Positions 49,264-61,754 of a DNA stretch of 64,000 nucleotides are shown here, one piece after another. The DNA is from Veleropilina oligotropha (taxonomy: Eukaryota): the NCBI GenBank assembly GCA_048128005.1, contig JBEUKZ010000127.1:186001-250000 (forward strand), read 5' to 3'. The position numbers were made by a program, and so were the translations under genes. The stretch's first letter is position 1; every line of letters begins with the position of its first letter. Below the pieces are notes generated by a model that had not been told where the DNA came from, ran no database searches, and was given only the letters and a program-made list of their open reading frames with translations.

Positions 49264-51275
49264 GCGTGTAAACGAAGTTCGTTCGACGACGGGTGTAACA
49301 CCCGTGAGCGCGGTTGCATTAGCAGGTCCGGCCTTTGCGGTAGCGCAAGATCGACGATTAGATCGAGAAGAGTCGGAAACCAAGACTGCGTGCGATTTAG
49401 AGGCGCTATTAGCATTATCTCGCAGCGGTCTCGCGCTGCCTTCTGTAGTACAAGTCGTAATATGGACGACGGGGGAAAGGCGTACGCGATCAGATTCTCC
49501 CATGGCATTGACAGCGCGTCGACCGCTAGGGCGGCCGGGTCCGGGTACGGGGAGACATACAGAGGGAGTCGGTGATTGAACTCTGTTGCAAACGGATCGA
49601 CTTGGGGTTGTGACCACCGGCGACAAATTTCCCGAGCTACCTGGCTGTGTAGCGTCCACTCTGTGTGTATTATCTGCGATTTCCGAGAGAGCGAGTCCGC
49701 TCGGACGTTCAATATTCCCGGGATGTGTCGTGCTCGTATCGTCGAGTTGAGGGACATCACTAGGCGGTGTAGCTCGATAGCCCGGTCGCACAGGGGACGC
49801 GAGCGAGTGCCGCCCTGGTGTTGAACGTATGCAACGACAGTTGTGTTGTCCGTGGCCAGCAATATTTGCTTGTTGCGGAGATGTGACGAGAGGGACCGTA
49901 CTGTCAGGTAGACCGCTTCTAGTTCTAGATAGTTTATGTGTCGTCCCTGCAGGTCCGTCGGCCAAAGGCCCGATGTCTCGTAACTGTCGAGGTGACCTCC
50001 CCAGCCCTCGTTCGAAGCGTCCGTGTATAGGAAGGCGTTCGGTTCTGGCGGGGAAATGGGAACCGACTGGCTCGGCAATGCAGGGTTCAGCCACACTGCT
50101 GTCGAGTGATTGAACCAATGCCGAAGATCTATACGATCCGTCCACTGTCCCGTCCGTTGCACCCAGCGGTCCCTGAAGGCCTGCTGTAACGGTCGTTTGT
50201 CCATTCGTCCTGTCGGTAGCAGGGGCGCTACCGACTCGATGTGCCCCAGGACAGTGGCCAGTTGTCGCGCCGTGGCTATCCCCGATGACCTTGTGTCCTG
50301 GATAACTGCGCGTAGGTTCACGATACGTTTCTCGGTCGGCTTCGCGGTGTACCGGACCGTGTCGAAGACGACCCCGAGGAACGTAAACGTCGTCGAGGGC
50401 ACGAAGCAGGATTTCTCGTTGTTGATCTGTAATCCTAGGCGCTTCGCCGATGACAGGGTAACGCTCATAGACTGGAGGCACTGATCCCGGGACGCCCCGA
50501 GAATCAACCAGTCGTCGAGGTACATGTGTACTCTGTGCCCTAGCGAGTGTAGGAAGGCCCCGAGAGCCTGTACTACCCGCGTGAAGACGTAGGGGGCTGA
50601 CGATAGACCGAACGGTAGGCACCTGAATTGGTAGATCGTCTCCCCGTGTATAAACCTGAGGTACTGATGAGCCGAGGCATGCATCGGAACGTGTAAGTAC
50701 GCATCTGTCAGGTCGATAGACGCCGCCCAGTCGCCCGGACGGATGGCCGCTCGTATCTTCGAGAGTGTTTCTTGCTGGAACTTCTCGGTACGCAAATAGC
50801 GGTTGAGGTGCGAGAGATCGAGGATCGGTCTCCAGCGGCCATCAGGTTTCGGGACCAGGAAGAAATGGCTGTAAAATCCTGGTGTGCTGGGCGGCGCGGG
50901 ATAGATGGCTCCTTTTAGGAGTAAGTCCCGCACTGCCTGGTCTAAGACCGCTTGCTTCTCTCCGTGAAGGAGGCGAGCGTGTCTTGGTGGTGGTGTCACG
51001 GATAGGGTTGGATGCCGGTTGAACGCCAACTTGTATCCAGCACTCACGACTGAGTGGACCCAGCTGCTGTCTGTCAGCTCTAGCCACGTCTGGCTGTATG
51101 TACAGCCTAACAGGCACGCTCCCACCGGCGGGAGCGCGCAGCTGAGCACGTCGCGAGTGCCGGCAACCCTAGGGCCGTGACGGCTTCCCTCTCCCGCTCT
51201 GACGGGATTTAGTTGGAGGGCCTTTTTTCTCGCTGGATTTCCGGGCCGGAGGCCCACCCCGAGAAGGTCTGGCAC
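49095..51275 (-). CDS. DIRS pol: reverse transcriptase, RNase H and Dam-like methyltransferase domain (start uncertain)
   Basis: FYSHFFLVPKPDGRWRPILDL, IDLTDAYLHVP, LPFGLSSAP, YLDDWL, YTDASNEGWG, HINYLEL, TDNTTVVAY, HIPGILNVRADSLSR, VDPFA...YAFPP. Confidence 0.93.
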   Translation of the reverse strand: MPDLLGVGLRPGNPARKKALQLNPVRAGEGSRHGPRVAGTRDVLSCALPPVGACLLGCTYSQTWLELTDSSWVHSVVSAGYKLAFNRHPTLSVTPPPRHARLLHGEKQAVLDQAVRDLLLKGAIYPAPPSTPGFYSHFFLVPKPDGRWRPILDLSHLNRYLRTEKFQQETLSKIRAAIRPGDWAASIDLTDAYLHVPMHASAHQYLRFIHGETIYQFRCLPFGLSSAPYVFTRVVQALGAFLHSLGHRVHMYLDDWLILGASRDQCLQSMSVTLSSAKRLGLQINNEKSCFVPSTTFTFLGVVFDTVRYTAKPTEKRIVNLRAVIQDTRSSGIATARQLATVLGHIESVAPLLPTGRMDKRPLQQAFRDRWVQRTGQWTDRIDLRHWFNHSTAVWLNPALPSQSVPISPPEPNAFLYTDASNEGWGGHLDSYETSGLWPTDLQGRHINYLELEAVYLTVRSLSSHLRNKQILLATDNTTVVAYVQHQGGTRSRPLCDRAIELHRLVMSLNSTIRARHIPGILNVRADSLSRKSQIIHTEWTLHSQVAREICRRWSQPQVDPFATEFNHRLPLYVSPYPDPAALAVDALSMPWENLIAYAFPPSSILRLVLQKAARDRCEIMLIAPLNRTQSWFPTLLDLIVDLALPQRPDLLMQPRSRVLHPSSNELRLHAWRLSNDRLLRKDFLAQQPSAFTDREDNLHLKSMTTDGQDMWIGVTGGKLIYSVPL

Positions 51276-53416
51276 GCTTGGAAGCTTTCGCGCCCCGAGT
51301 CGGGGCCGAACGCTTCCTTGAGGGGGCAGGTTGAGTACCCCGAGGGGTAGTCAATACTGCGCGCTCAATCGCACGATCTTTCAGCTCGACGGCTCTCTTG
51401 TCGACGAATTCGGTGAACTCGCCTCCGAAGAGAGTCGGGGCCGACAAGGGCACACATCGCAGAGAACGCCGGGTGGCGTCGTCTAACGATGTGCCCTCGA
51501 GGCAGGCGTCCCTACGAAGTAGGAGCGCATTGCCCAAGACACGCGCGGACTCCAACGCGTTGTTCTCCGTGGCGGCAGCAACCTCGTGGAGGAAAGACAG
51601 GGCGGTCTCGCGAGCGCCGGGTCCGTCCTCCTGTAGAACGGCTATCGCACCGTCCAGGAACGAGTCCTGTACAGACGACAGCCGCAGAGCTCGTCGGGCA
51701 GAGCTCTCGAAGGCATCCATGGCGGCCCATGGTACCTTCGCTACCGAGGGAGCTTGACTGGCAGACAGACGACGCATCGCTACGTCAATCTGTGCTGGCT
51801 CAGCCACCAGGCACGGCTCAGAAAGAGCGATCGGCAACGATCGCGTACTGGGCCGGAGGTATCTTCCTCTACGGAGGCCCCGAGGGAACTCCGTGAGAGA
51901 AGACGTCTCCACTGTCTTGCCTCCCTGAATGGCCCGGGTGGTCTGATCCAGAACCAGATCCACCAAGCCAGACTGGGGGAGTACGGGAAGCTGGGCAGCC
52001 TCCGACTCAGCAAAACGGTGTGCTGCCGTCCTGTGCTTGATCGTACCTACCGGCCGGGCCGGGTAGATCTAGCACCCCGCGAAGCGACGCGACTGCGTCG
52101 TATCTTCGGCGGGTGGCGGAGATCGGCTCCTGCAAGCCTGATTGACTACGAGAGTCATCGGGACCGACCGATTCAAGAAGATCGGAGCGATCGGAGGGGA
52201 CGTCCTCGTCTGAACGAGGGTCGACCTCCATCACCGAGGCAGGAGCCGTGCTCTGGGCCACGAGCAGAGGAGCAGAGACCTGGGGTGGCTGAACAGCCGG
52301 AAGCCAGGCCCTACTGCGGGTCTCGAATTCCGCCGCAATCATCGCCTGGACGCTCTCCATAGAGAGACCAACAGGCAAGACGGGCGTCGATCCAACAGCC
52401 AGTGGATCGCTCGAGGACATCGTGGCACATGGTAGATGGGCTGCTGGGCCAGATTGATACGAGTACCAGGGTCTCGCATCACCTGACGAGCGGTTACTCC
52501 TGGAGAACGGGCCAAAAGGCGTGTTAACCGGAGCTCGACCTCCGAAAGACTGCGGCCACAGTCCCGTGGAGGTCGCCGCTCTGTTCAGGGGGTAGACGGG
52601 GGAAGCTCCCGCGTACATACCCATCCCGAACGCAGCCGGTCCGTCCGCGCCAACTAGTCTGTACCCAAGGGGGACAGGGGAGTCGGCGGGCCCTCCGACA
52701 AGACTGGGAGCTCCGAGGTGTAAGGACGAACCCTGGGGAGGGTCGGTCGCACCATCGGCCAGTGAGTCGGGTGTCGTTGGTGGTCCGGATCTTAAACCAC
52801 CTTGGTGGTGTCCGGCAACTGTTCGAACTTGCTCTGCCGTCAGCAGTATGCCGCTCGACATACCGCTTATGACAGAAGGACTAGCCGTCCCCTGCTCTTC
52901 CGAGGCCGGAAGAGAGGAAGGGGACAGCCTGCCCTGCTCAGCTGTTCGCTGTAAGGTCCGGTGTACCATGCTAGCCGGCATGGCACTATTGGACGCAGCT
53001 ACTAGGCCCGTGGTTCGAGGAGAAACGGACTGCACTCGGGCTCCTCTTACCTGGTCTTGAACCTGGGACGCCGGCGAGGTTCCCACGGTTTTCCCCAAAA
53101 CCGTAGCGGTGTCGTCGGCGGGTCCTGCAACCTGCGATGCCCCAGTTCGCTGGTCGCTTCGCGTCCCTGAAACAGACGAATCAGAAATTATCCCTGACTT
53201 ACCCGTCGTCTGTTCCTCCGGGGGAAGCCCAACAGAGACGGACTCCCTGGTAGCCCCCTTCTCTGGTGGGTAGATAAGTGCCCACTGCCGATCCGTTAAA
53301 ATTAGACATTTAGCACAGGGGTATCTCTTAGCACAACTACGGTGTATGCGACATACCGAATGCTTGTCGAAGCTGTGTATCTTTTGGTTACACTCAGGCT
53401 CACTGCAACGGACCAT
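51169..53416 (-). CDS. DIRS A gag-like ORF1, split by a frame discontinuity at about 52007-52068
   Basis: N-terminal Cys/His finger CSEPEC...HSVCRIH..C...PCAKC, low-complexity middle, C-terminal LLLRRD...LSAPTLFG motif typical of DIRS1 gag. Confidence 0.8.
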
Positions 53417-54486
53417 GGCTGATTACACGGGTAGGAAAGGTAGTGGGAAACCGGGAAATTAAGGGATATCCGGGTAGTACGCTTCACGTGTTGTTTAACT
53501 ACTACACCTTATATAGGGGTCTCTAATCCGAAGTATATAGGAAAAGACCGGATATCAACCCTAAATTGTTATGAATCACACTTCGGATTGCGTAGCAACC
53601 GAAGTACAGACAAGTAACCCGACTAGAATATAAACCAAGCCCGACGTACAAGCTTTATTAAAACGGCTTGTCGGACACTAACAAATTGAATGCAGGCGGA
53701 TATATATAGATAGTAGGAGGCTATATATAGAAAAAGCCGCCTTTAAACACCTGAAAACCTCGTGGATGTTGATTTCAATAGGTTAGAGCTTTGGCGAAAT
53801 ATCCCAGATTCGGCAGATAGGCTAAATAACGCACGTTAATACCTAAATATCTGCCTTGTTAGGGACGCTAAATTCGATTGAACAAAGTTACTAAGAATTT
53901 AAGCAAGATACGCCGCTAAGGAATTATCTAATATATATATGAATTACAAGTAATTTCAAGCAATATTAGAAACCAAACACTTCTTCCTTTGAAAGGATTC
54001 GCCTATGCGAAGCTTTCCTGCTTGAAGAACCTTCCCTCCTGAGCGGCCCTCTTTAGATCACTTTGTAAATCCAAGATGGCGGGCCGAAAAACTCGTGGCC
54101 AGAATCACACAACTTTTAAAATTGATAACTCGACCTGAATACTCAGTACACAGTTACATTGCTTCTTCAGATCATAAATAATTATGAATGGCACAATATT
54201 GTGCGAAAGAAACTTGTTTTAAAGTAACTTATTATCGTCTATTTTTAACTAGACTGTAAGCACGTCCGGACAGACTGACGGATGACTTAAAAATGATACC
54301 AGATCTGTCTTGGTCTCTGAGGTCTCGCGAGACTTGGGCAGATCTCGTGAGAGGAACGCGAGAGAGGGGAGCAGGGGGGGTAAGCGTGTAAATTTAAAAG
54401 TGAAACGCTTTTTCACAGTTTCCGGTTTAGCGATAATATGGCTATTATGGCATTGGTAATGACGTAGAGTATATTGCTACTAATAA

Positions 54487-56403
54487 GGCGATCGGTAAAC
54501 ATCGCTTACTGGGCCGGAGGTATCTTTCTCTACGGAGGCCCCGAGGGAACTCCGTGAGAGAAGAAGTCTCCACTGTTTTGCCTCCCTGAATGGCCCGGGT
54601 GGTCTGATCAAGGACCACATCCACCAAGCCAGACTGGGGGAGTACAGGAAGCAGGGAAGCTTCCGACTCGGCAAAACAGTGTGCTGCCGTCCTGTGTTTG
54701 ACCGTACCTACCGGCCGGGCCGGGTAGATCTAACACCCCGCGAAGCGACGCGACCGCGTCGTATCCTCGGCGGGTGGTGGAGATCGGCTCCTGCATGCCT
54801 GATTGACTACGAGAGTCATCGGGATCGACCGATTCAAGGAGATCGGAACGATCGGAGGGGACGTACTCGTCGGAACGAGGTTCGACCTCCATCACCGAGG
54901 CAGGAGCCGTGCTCTGCACCACGTGCAGAGGAGCAGGGACCTGGGGCGGCTGAGCAGCCGGGGAGTCATGCCCTACTGCGGGCCTCGAATTCCGCTGCAA
55001 TCATTGCCTGGACGCTCTCCAGAGAGAGACCAACAGGCATGACGGGCGTCGATCCAACAGCCAGTGGATCGCTCGAGGTTACCGTGGCACATGGTAGACG
55101 GGCTGCTGGGCCAGGTTGATACGAGAACCAGGGTCTCGCATTGCCTGTCGAGCGGTTGCTACCGAAGAACTGGCCAAGAGGCGGGTTAACCGGAGCTCGA
55201 CCTCCGAAAGACTGCGGCCACAGTCCCGTGAAGGTCGTCGCTCTGTTCGGTGGGTAGACGGGGGAAACTCCCGCGTGCGTGCCCATCCCGAATGCAGCCG
55301 GTCCGTCCGCACCAACTAGTATGAACCCAAGGGGGACAGGGGAGTTGACGGGCCCTCCGACAAGACTGTGAGCTCCGAGGTGTAAGGACGAACCCTGGGG
55401 AGGGTCGGTCGCACCATCGGCCAGTGAGTCGGGTTGCGTTGGTGGTCCGGATCTTAGACCACCTTGGTGGTGTCCGGCAACTGTTCCAACTTTCTCTGCC
55501 GTCAGCTGTATGCCGCTCGACATATAGCTTCTTGCAGAAGGACTAGCCGTCCCCTGCTCTTCCGAGGCCGGAAGAGAGGAAGGGGACCGCCTGCCCTGTT
55601 CAGCCGTTCGCTGTAAGGTCCGATGTACCTTGTTAGCCGACAAGGTACTGCTGGACGCAGCTACTTAATAATAATGAGAAGATTTATCTGCGCTTTCCAC
55701 ACATACGAAATGCGTCCCAAAGCGCTTACATTATTATTCCCCTGGTTATTTGGCCTGTTCATTCAATATTCCTTCTCAACTCTCTCTGAGAGTATTACAG
55801 CAGAGCTGCCATTTATAGGCGCATCAGACTAGTCTGACGTACTGACAATTTCCGTCACTGCCAACCAGGTACCCACTCAGATCTCAGATCGGCTGGGTGA
55901 AACCGAGGCACATATATGCTAAATTCCTTGCCCAAGGAAATTCGCCGGGATCGGGGTTGAACCCCAAGCCTCTCGAGTGAGAGGCCAGTGCATCTACCAC
56001 TGTACCACGGCCCATGGTTCGAGGAGATTCAGACAGCACTCGGGCTACTGTTACCTCCTGAATGTGGGACGCCGGCGAGGTTCCGACGGCTTTCCCCAAA
56101 GCCGCGGGGGTGTCGGCGGCGGTCCTGCGATATGCGATGCCCTAGTTCGCGTGTCGCTTCGCGTCCCTGAAACAGACGAATTAGAATTAGATCCTAACTT
56201 ACCCGTCATCTGTTCCTCCGGGGAATGCCCAACCGAGTCGAACTCCCTGGTAGTCTTCGCGGGTGGGTACGTGAGTGCCCACTGCCTATCCGTTAATGCA
56301 AAACAACAAGGGTATTTTGCGCTATAGTTACGGTGTATGCGACATACCGTATGTCGAAGCTGTGTATCTTTTGATTACACTCCGGGTTGCTGTAGCGGAC
56401 CAT
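54487..56403 (-). pseudogene. 5' part of the DIRS B gag, interrupted by a SINE and by copy A
   Basis: Colinear, diverged homologue of 51827-53416. Confidence 0.85.
55666..56012 (-). mobile_element. CORE/Nin-like tRNA SINE inserted in DIRS B gag
   Basis: Same family as 36986-37342; absent from copy A at about 53003; (ATT)n tail. Confidence 0.8.
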
Positions 56404-57251
56404 AGCTGATCACGGACCACGCCCTGATCACACGGGTAGGATAGGTAGTAGGAAACAGGGAATTTAAGGGATATCCGGGTAGTGCGCTTCACGTGATATA
56501 AACTACTACACCTTAAATTTTATAGGGGTCTCTAATCAGAAGTATAAGGATAAGACCGTATATCAACCTGTGACTTGTTATTAATTACGCTTCGAGTTGC
56601 TCGGCAACCCTAGTTACAGAACAAGTATCCCGACTAGAATTGACACCAAGTCCGACGTATAAGCTTTATTAAAACGGCTTGTCGGAAACTAACAAATTGA
56701 ATGCAGGCGGATATATATATAGATAGAGGAGGCTATATATAGATAACAGCCGCCTTAAAACACCTGAAAACCTCGTGGATGTTGATTTCAATAGGTTAGA
56801 ACTTTGGCGAAATATCCCAGATTCGGCAGATAGGCCAAATAACGCACGTTAATACCTAAATATCTGCCTTGTTAGCGACGCTAAATTCGATTGAACAAAG
56901 TTACTAAGAATTTAAGCAAGATACGCCGCTAAGGAATTATCTAATATATATATGAATTACACAGTAATATCAAGCAATATTAGAACAACACTTCTTCCTT
57001 TGAAAGGTTCGGATACACGAAACTTTCCCGCTTGAAGAACTTTTCCCTGAGCGGCCCTCTTTAGATACTTTTTTCACTTGTATATCCAAGATGGCGGCCG
57101 AAAAACTCGTGGCCAGAATCACAATTATTTAAATTTGATAATCCGGCTCCGAATAGTACTCCTAAATCACAGTTAGTGTGTTTCTACAGATTATATAATA
57201 TAATCGGCACAACATTGTGCGAAAGAAACTCTTTAAAGGTACAATTTAAAG

Positions 57252-57451
57252 GAGGAATTATGCTTAATGTCCTGTATATTTATAACATCGAGGTTCAAGG
57301 CAGGACATGTCCGTGTTATCGCGGGAGGAAACCCCGGTTGCCGGGTAAACCCGCCCTCTTCGGCCAGTCACGGACAACTGTGCTTCATAACTTGAACAAA
57401 TGTGTGCTGCCTCAGCCGGGGGTCGATCCCACTACTGTTCGCGTCAGCGGA
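57252..57451 (-). mobile_element. 5'-truncated V-domain-like SINE in the DIRS B 5'UTR
   Basis: 12-bp TSD tacaatttaaag; similar to 61112-61371; absent from copy A. Confidence 0.75.
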
Positions 57452-57520
57452 TACAATTTAAAGCAAATATCGTCTTTTATTTTAGACAACAACTCAAGCA
57501 CGTCCGGACTGATTGACGGA

Positions 57521-57726
57521 TGACTTAAAATTGATACGCTCTGTCGTAGTCTCTGAGGTCTCGCGAGACTTGGGCAGATCTCGGGAGAGGAACATAGAGG
57601 GTGAGCAGGGGAGGTAAGCGTGTGTAAGATTTAAGAGAAAGTGAAAGCGTGTTTCACAGTTTCCGGTCTAGCGATAATATGGCTATTATGGCATTGGTAA
57701 TGACGTAGAGTATATTGCTACTAATA
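57521..57726 (-). repeat. DIRS B 5' inverted terminal repeat
   Basis: Reverse complement of 24832-25036. Confidence 0.92.
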
Positions 57727-58708
57727 TAATGCCATATCAAGATACCCATGGAATAAACCAATGGGGAAGCCAGTTTTCAAAATCCATCCGTCACAGAGTG
57801 ACCATTAAGCTTACTTTGCCTATTGGCAGTGAGCAAAGCAAGTCTTACAGATAAGCACATGTCCCTTTCATCATACACACATAATATTTAGATGAACAAA
57901 CAAAAGAAATATACTAATTCTTATATTTGCGTAGCTACTTGATTAACGTCTGGAAACAAAACATTGAATGATATCATTGAAAATGAACAGCCTTCTTCCT
58001 TGTCATAAGATTCACCTACCAAGCAACTTTCATATTTAAAGATACTTAGTGCTATATTTCTTGAGTTATAGTGCAGAAACAAAGATTTATTATAATACTT
58101 TATTACACTTTCTCAACATTTTGGCACATAAAACTTTAACCTTGGACCTTAATGTGAAGATTGGACAAACAAAACTTTAACCTGGGACCTTAATGAGAAG
58201 ACTGGGCAAACAAAACTTTAACCTGGGACCTTAACATTAAGATTGAGCAAATTAAACATTAACCTGGGACCTTCACTGACCATGGGATACAGTTTACTCT
58301 TGATCGGCATAATATCATGATCAAAGAACCTGTTGGATATTCCGAACAGGGAAGCTATATACAAGTATAAAGCCTCACAAACTGTCACCTTAAGTCTCAC
58401 TGCTTACTGTGCCTGTAGTATACACTACAAGCCTAGAACAAGGCTGATAAAGAGACAAGTGGTCGAAATTCAATAAAGTTATATTTCCTTTTAAAATAAT
58501 AATTAAATAAAATATGAAAATCACAATAACATTAAAATCTCTTTAAAAGTCAAAAGTGTCTTGTCCTTAACCTTAAGATTGGGCAAATGAACATTTAACC
58601 TGGAACCTTAACCTGAAGATTGGGCAAAAGAAACTTTAATTTGGGACCTCAATGCTGGCACGGACGGACGGAAAAGGTGATCACTATAGGCCTCCCTGCG
58701 GGGCCCTA

Positions 58709-58998
58709 ATAAGAGCCTTGAGCAAGCCGTATATGTCCAATGAAAAACTTTAACCAAAAGTTTTACCATAATTTCTATGCCCAAGAACACCAATTTCAGG
58801 CATTAATTATATGAAATTCCATTCAATATCCATGTCAGAGTATCAGCAGGCATCCATATAACCATTGCCATTGCATATGCATGCAAAAAGTGCCTTCCAC
58901 AACCCATATACACTGAATGAAAAACTTTAACCAAATCCAGACACAGAGAGGCAGTGAAAGCTATATGCCCTTCGGGACTATCGTCCCCGGGTATAATT
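58709..58998 (-). mobile_element. Right part of the HINE-like element begun at 22779
   Basis: Resumes the satellite unit in register (taagagccttgagcaa...) and ends ctatatgcccttcgggactatcgtccccgggtataatt. Confidence 0.55.
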
Positions 58999-59060
58999 AT
59001 CTGTACATCCTATCTGAGTGCTCATCTCTAGGGATCACCAAGACTGTAACAGCATATTAT

Positions 59061-60046
59061 AACAAGAACCCATTAGAAAACGGATTCATCCCCCGCCTTC
59101 CGCAATCACTCTGATATAAACTTGAAACAAAAGTTATATGTCCAAACACATCAAGTTTCTTCAATATTTATACAAAATAATATTCAATATCATTGCTAGA
59201 GTAAAAGGTATTATCAATATAAGCATCACCAAAGAATATGTATGCAATACTGGAACAGAATGGAAATTCACTCAACTTTACCAAAAATTTATATGTCCAC
59301 AAACACTAATTTCACGTTATTTATATTAGAAATCACTTGCAGATGAGGGAGCAGCATCAATATAGTCAACACTAAAGTATATGGATGTAAACCAGAGCAT
59401 AGAACACCCATATGCCCATTGAAAAATTTGAACAAAACTTGAACCAAAATTTCTATGTCCACAAATACTATTTTAATGCAATAATTATATTAAATTTATT
59501 TCAGCTGAGCATCACATCAGTTGACATTCATATTATCAATACCAAAGCATATATATGCACCAAAATGTTGTTTCAACAACCCATATACACTCAATGAAAA
59601 ACTTTAACCAAAATTTCTATGTCCACAAACACCTATTTTTATGCAATAATGATATTAAATTTAATTCAGCATCACTTCCATAGTATCAGTTGACATTCAT
59701 ATTATCAATTTCAAAGCATATATACACCAAAATGTTGTTTCAGTAACCAATATACACTCAATGAAAAACTTTAACCAGAAACTTTAACCAAAATTTCTAT
59801 GTTCAAAAACACCTACATTTATGCAATAATAATATTAAATTTTATTCAATCTCACTTCCAGAGTACCAGGTGTCATCCATATAACGCATACAAAAGCATA
59901 TGTATGCCAAAAAGTATCATGGGCAAGCTACACACACTCAATTCGAAACTTTAACCAAATTGTTTATGGACGTACGGACGGACGCCCAGACGTACGGATA
60001 TGGCAACAACAATATCCCCCGCTACCCTTCGGGCGGATGATAACAA
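59061..60046 (-). mobile_element. HINE-like element with about 170-bp satellite core
   Basis: aacaagaaccc...atccccc ... (GGAC)n ... atatcccccgctacccttcgggcggatgataacaa; same satellite type as 22779 and 26869. Confidence 0.65.
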
Positions 60047-60212
60047 ATGATGAGTTACTCCGTTAAAGTTTATTGAAATGCTATATTATCTCCAACAATA
60101 CTATTACAGTGTTTCCAACATCTGCCCATCTGATTCCCGGAACCCTAGGCAATAAATTTTTGGTTTCACTCCTACGAAACGGCCTATCATGCGCTCTAAG
60201 CGGTTTATATAA

Positions 60213-60699
60213 CTCTTTCATCACTGAGTATTCCAGAGAACAATAGTCATACACTGAATATTGAATAACTTTATGGAAAACTATATATTTTTATGATCGG
60301 GATATTATGGAGATCTTATAAACTTGTATATTTAGCTGAAATGTTTTACTCACTTTAGCTTAATTACAGATGAAATGAGGTAGATATATATTTATGAAAT
60401 AATGACATCATTTATATGATTTAGGTATTTGTTAGTTAGCCACTTGCATAAATAATCATTTTATTAATATAATTTAAATAAAACATTGAATAACCTAACA
60501 GTAACTTTCAAAATGAATTATATATCATTATTACTGTTAATTTCATTGAAAATACAGATGAAATGTGAATCTATTCTGGCAAGAATAAAGTAAATATAAG
60601 ACAATAACATTGATTAACATCATAGCGGGCTGACAGGCTGATGTGGTGAAAGGTGACGTCATTTTCTGCCCGCTATAGCAGGCTGCTGTGATGAAAGGG
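60213..60699. mobile_element. piggyBac-like MITE
   Basis: TIRs ctctttcatcac / gtgatgaaaggg; right flank TTAA, left flank ATAA (mutated). Confidence 0.5.
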
Positions 60700-61111
60700 T
60701 TAATGCCTATTATGTGAATCACTTTTCAATTTTCCAGTCGGTCCGTCGCAACTGGAACAAATAAAAATACTCCAAAGTAGCTTACAAAATAGTATTTTTA
60801 ATAAGTTTAATTAACATAAGTTACTGCCTTGTCTTTACTTTCGTAGGTAAGCACTCAAACTGGTGGTACATTTATAAACTGGGCACATGCTATCGCGTAG
60901 TAATTTTGGGACTACTTTCGCAAAATTATGGGATTTCCAGAAATATTCCCTCAAAGTTAACATGATATTAGATTAGTGGAAATAAAAAAGTACTTCTAGT
61001 TCATCAAAAGACTAGTTGATTGTTGTTTCCTGGATATTGTTGTTTCCTGGATAATTACAGTCCGAATTATTATAAAGGTAAATGTACCTGAAAGCATTTG
61101 CATGAATGGAA

Positions 61112-61371
61112 AGGATTGATGCTTAATATCCTGTATATTTCCAACCATCATTTGGTTCAAAGCAGGACATGTCCGTATTATCACGGGAGGAAAGCCCGGT
61201 CGCCCGGGTAAACCCACCATCTCCGACCAGTTATGGACATCTGTGATTCATAGTTTGAACAAACGTGTGCTGCTCCTGCCGAGGTTTGAACCCTCTACAG
61301 TTCGCATCAGCGGAATCAAGTCAGTGATTTTCGAAGTCCTCAACCGATACCACTGTACTGTCGAAGCGGCC
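61112..61371 (-). mobile_element. tRNA-derived V-domain-like SINE
   Basis: 14-bp TSD ttgcatgaatggaa; B box ggttcaaacc; core gggtttacccgggcgaccgggctttcctccc. Confidence 0.8.
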
Positions 61372-61587
61372 TTGCATGAATGGAAGTCAGCAGGTGCACA
61401 GCAATGATGGTAGTGATCAGGGTCATGCGAGTTCATAAATTAACACTTGTGTTACAAAATATGGCTTGTTAAAATGACAAAGATCGAGCTGGATGAGGGC
61501 CAAAAGCTTCATGGGATTAAATGGAATATTTTTTATGTCTTGACCTTTTTGTAAAAAACGACAAGACATTATCAAATGGTCCGTGTG

Positions 61588-61754
<167 letters not shown>

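Larger units (their letters stand above)
48866..54485 (-). mobile_element. DIRS1-type retrotransposon, inner/younger copy A, 3'-truncated
   Basis: Has its own 5' ITR (54283-54485, differing from B's), gag, intact pol, and the N-terminus of YR; fused to B's RT at about 48860. Confidence 0.9.
24805..57726 (-). mobile_element. DIRS1-type tyrosine-recombinase retrotransposon, outer/older copy B, expanded to about 33 kb by nested insertions
   Basis: ITRs 24832-25036 and 57521-57726 are near-exact reverse complements; ICR at 25112-25201; degraded gag (about 56400-54487), RT/RH/MT (48858 to about 47600) and YR remnants. Confidence 0.9.

Noticed and set aside
48376..50622. 748-aa ORF read as one complete recombinase
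   Set aside because: Alternative frame overlapping pol (normal for DIRS), then a truncated YR N-terminus running across the A/B deletion junction; chimeric, with no catalytic domain
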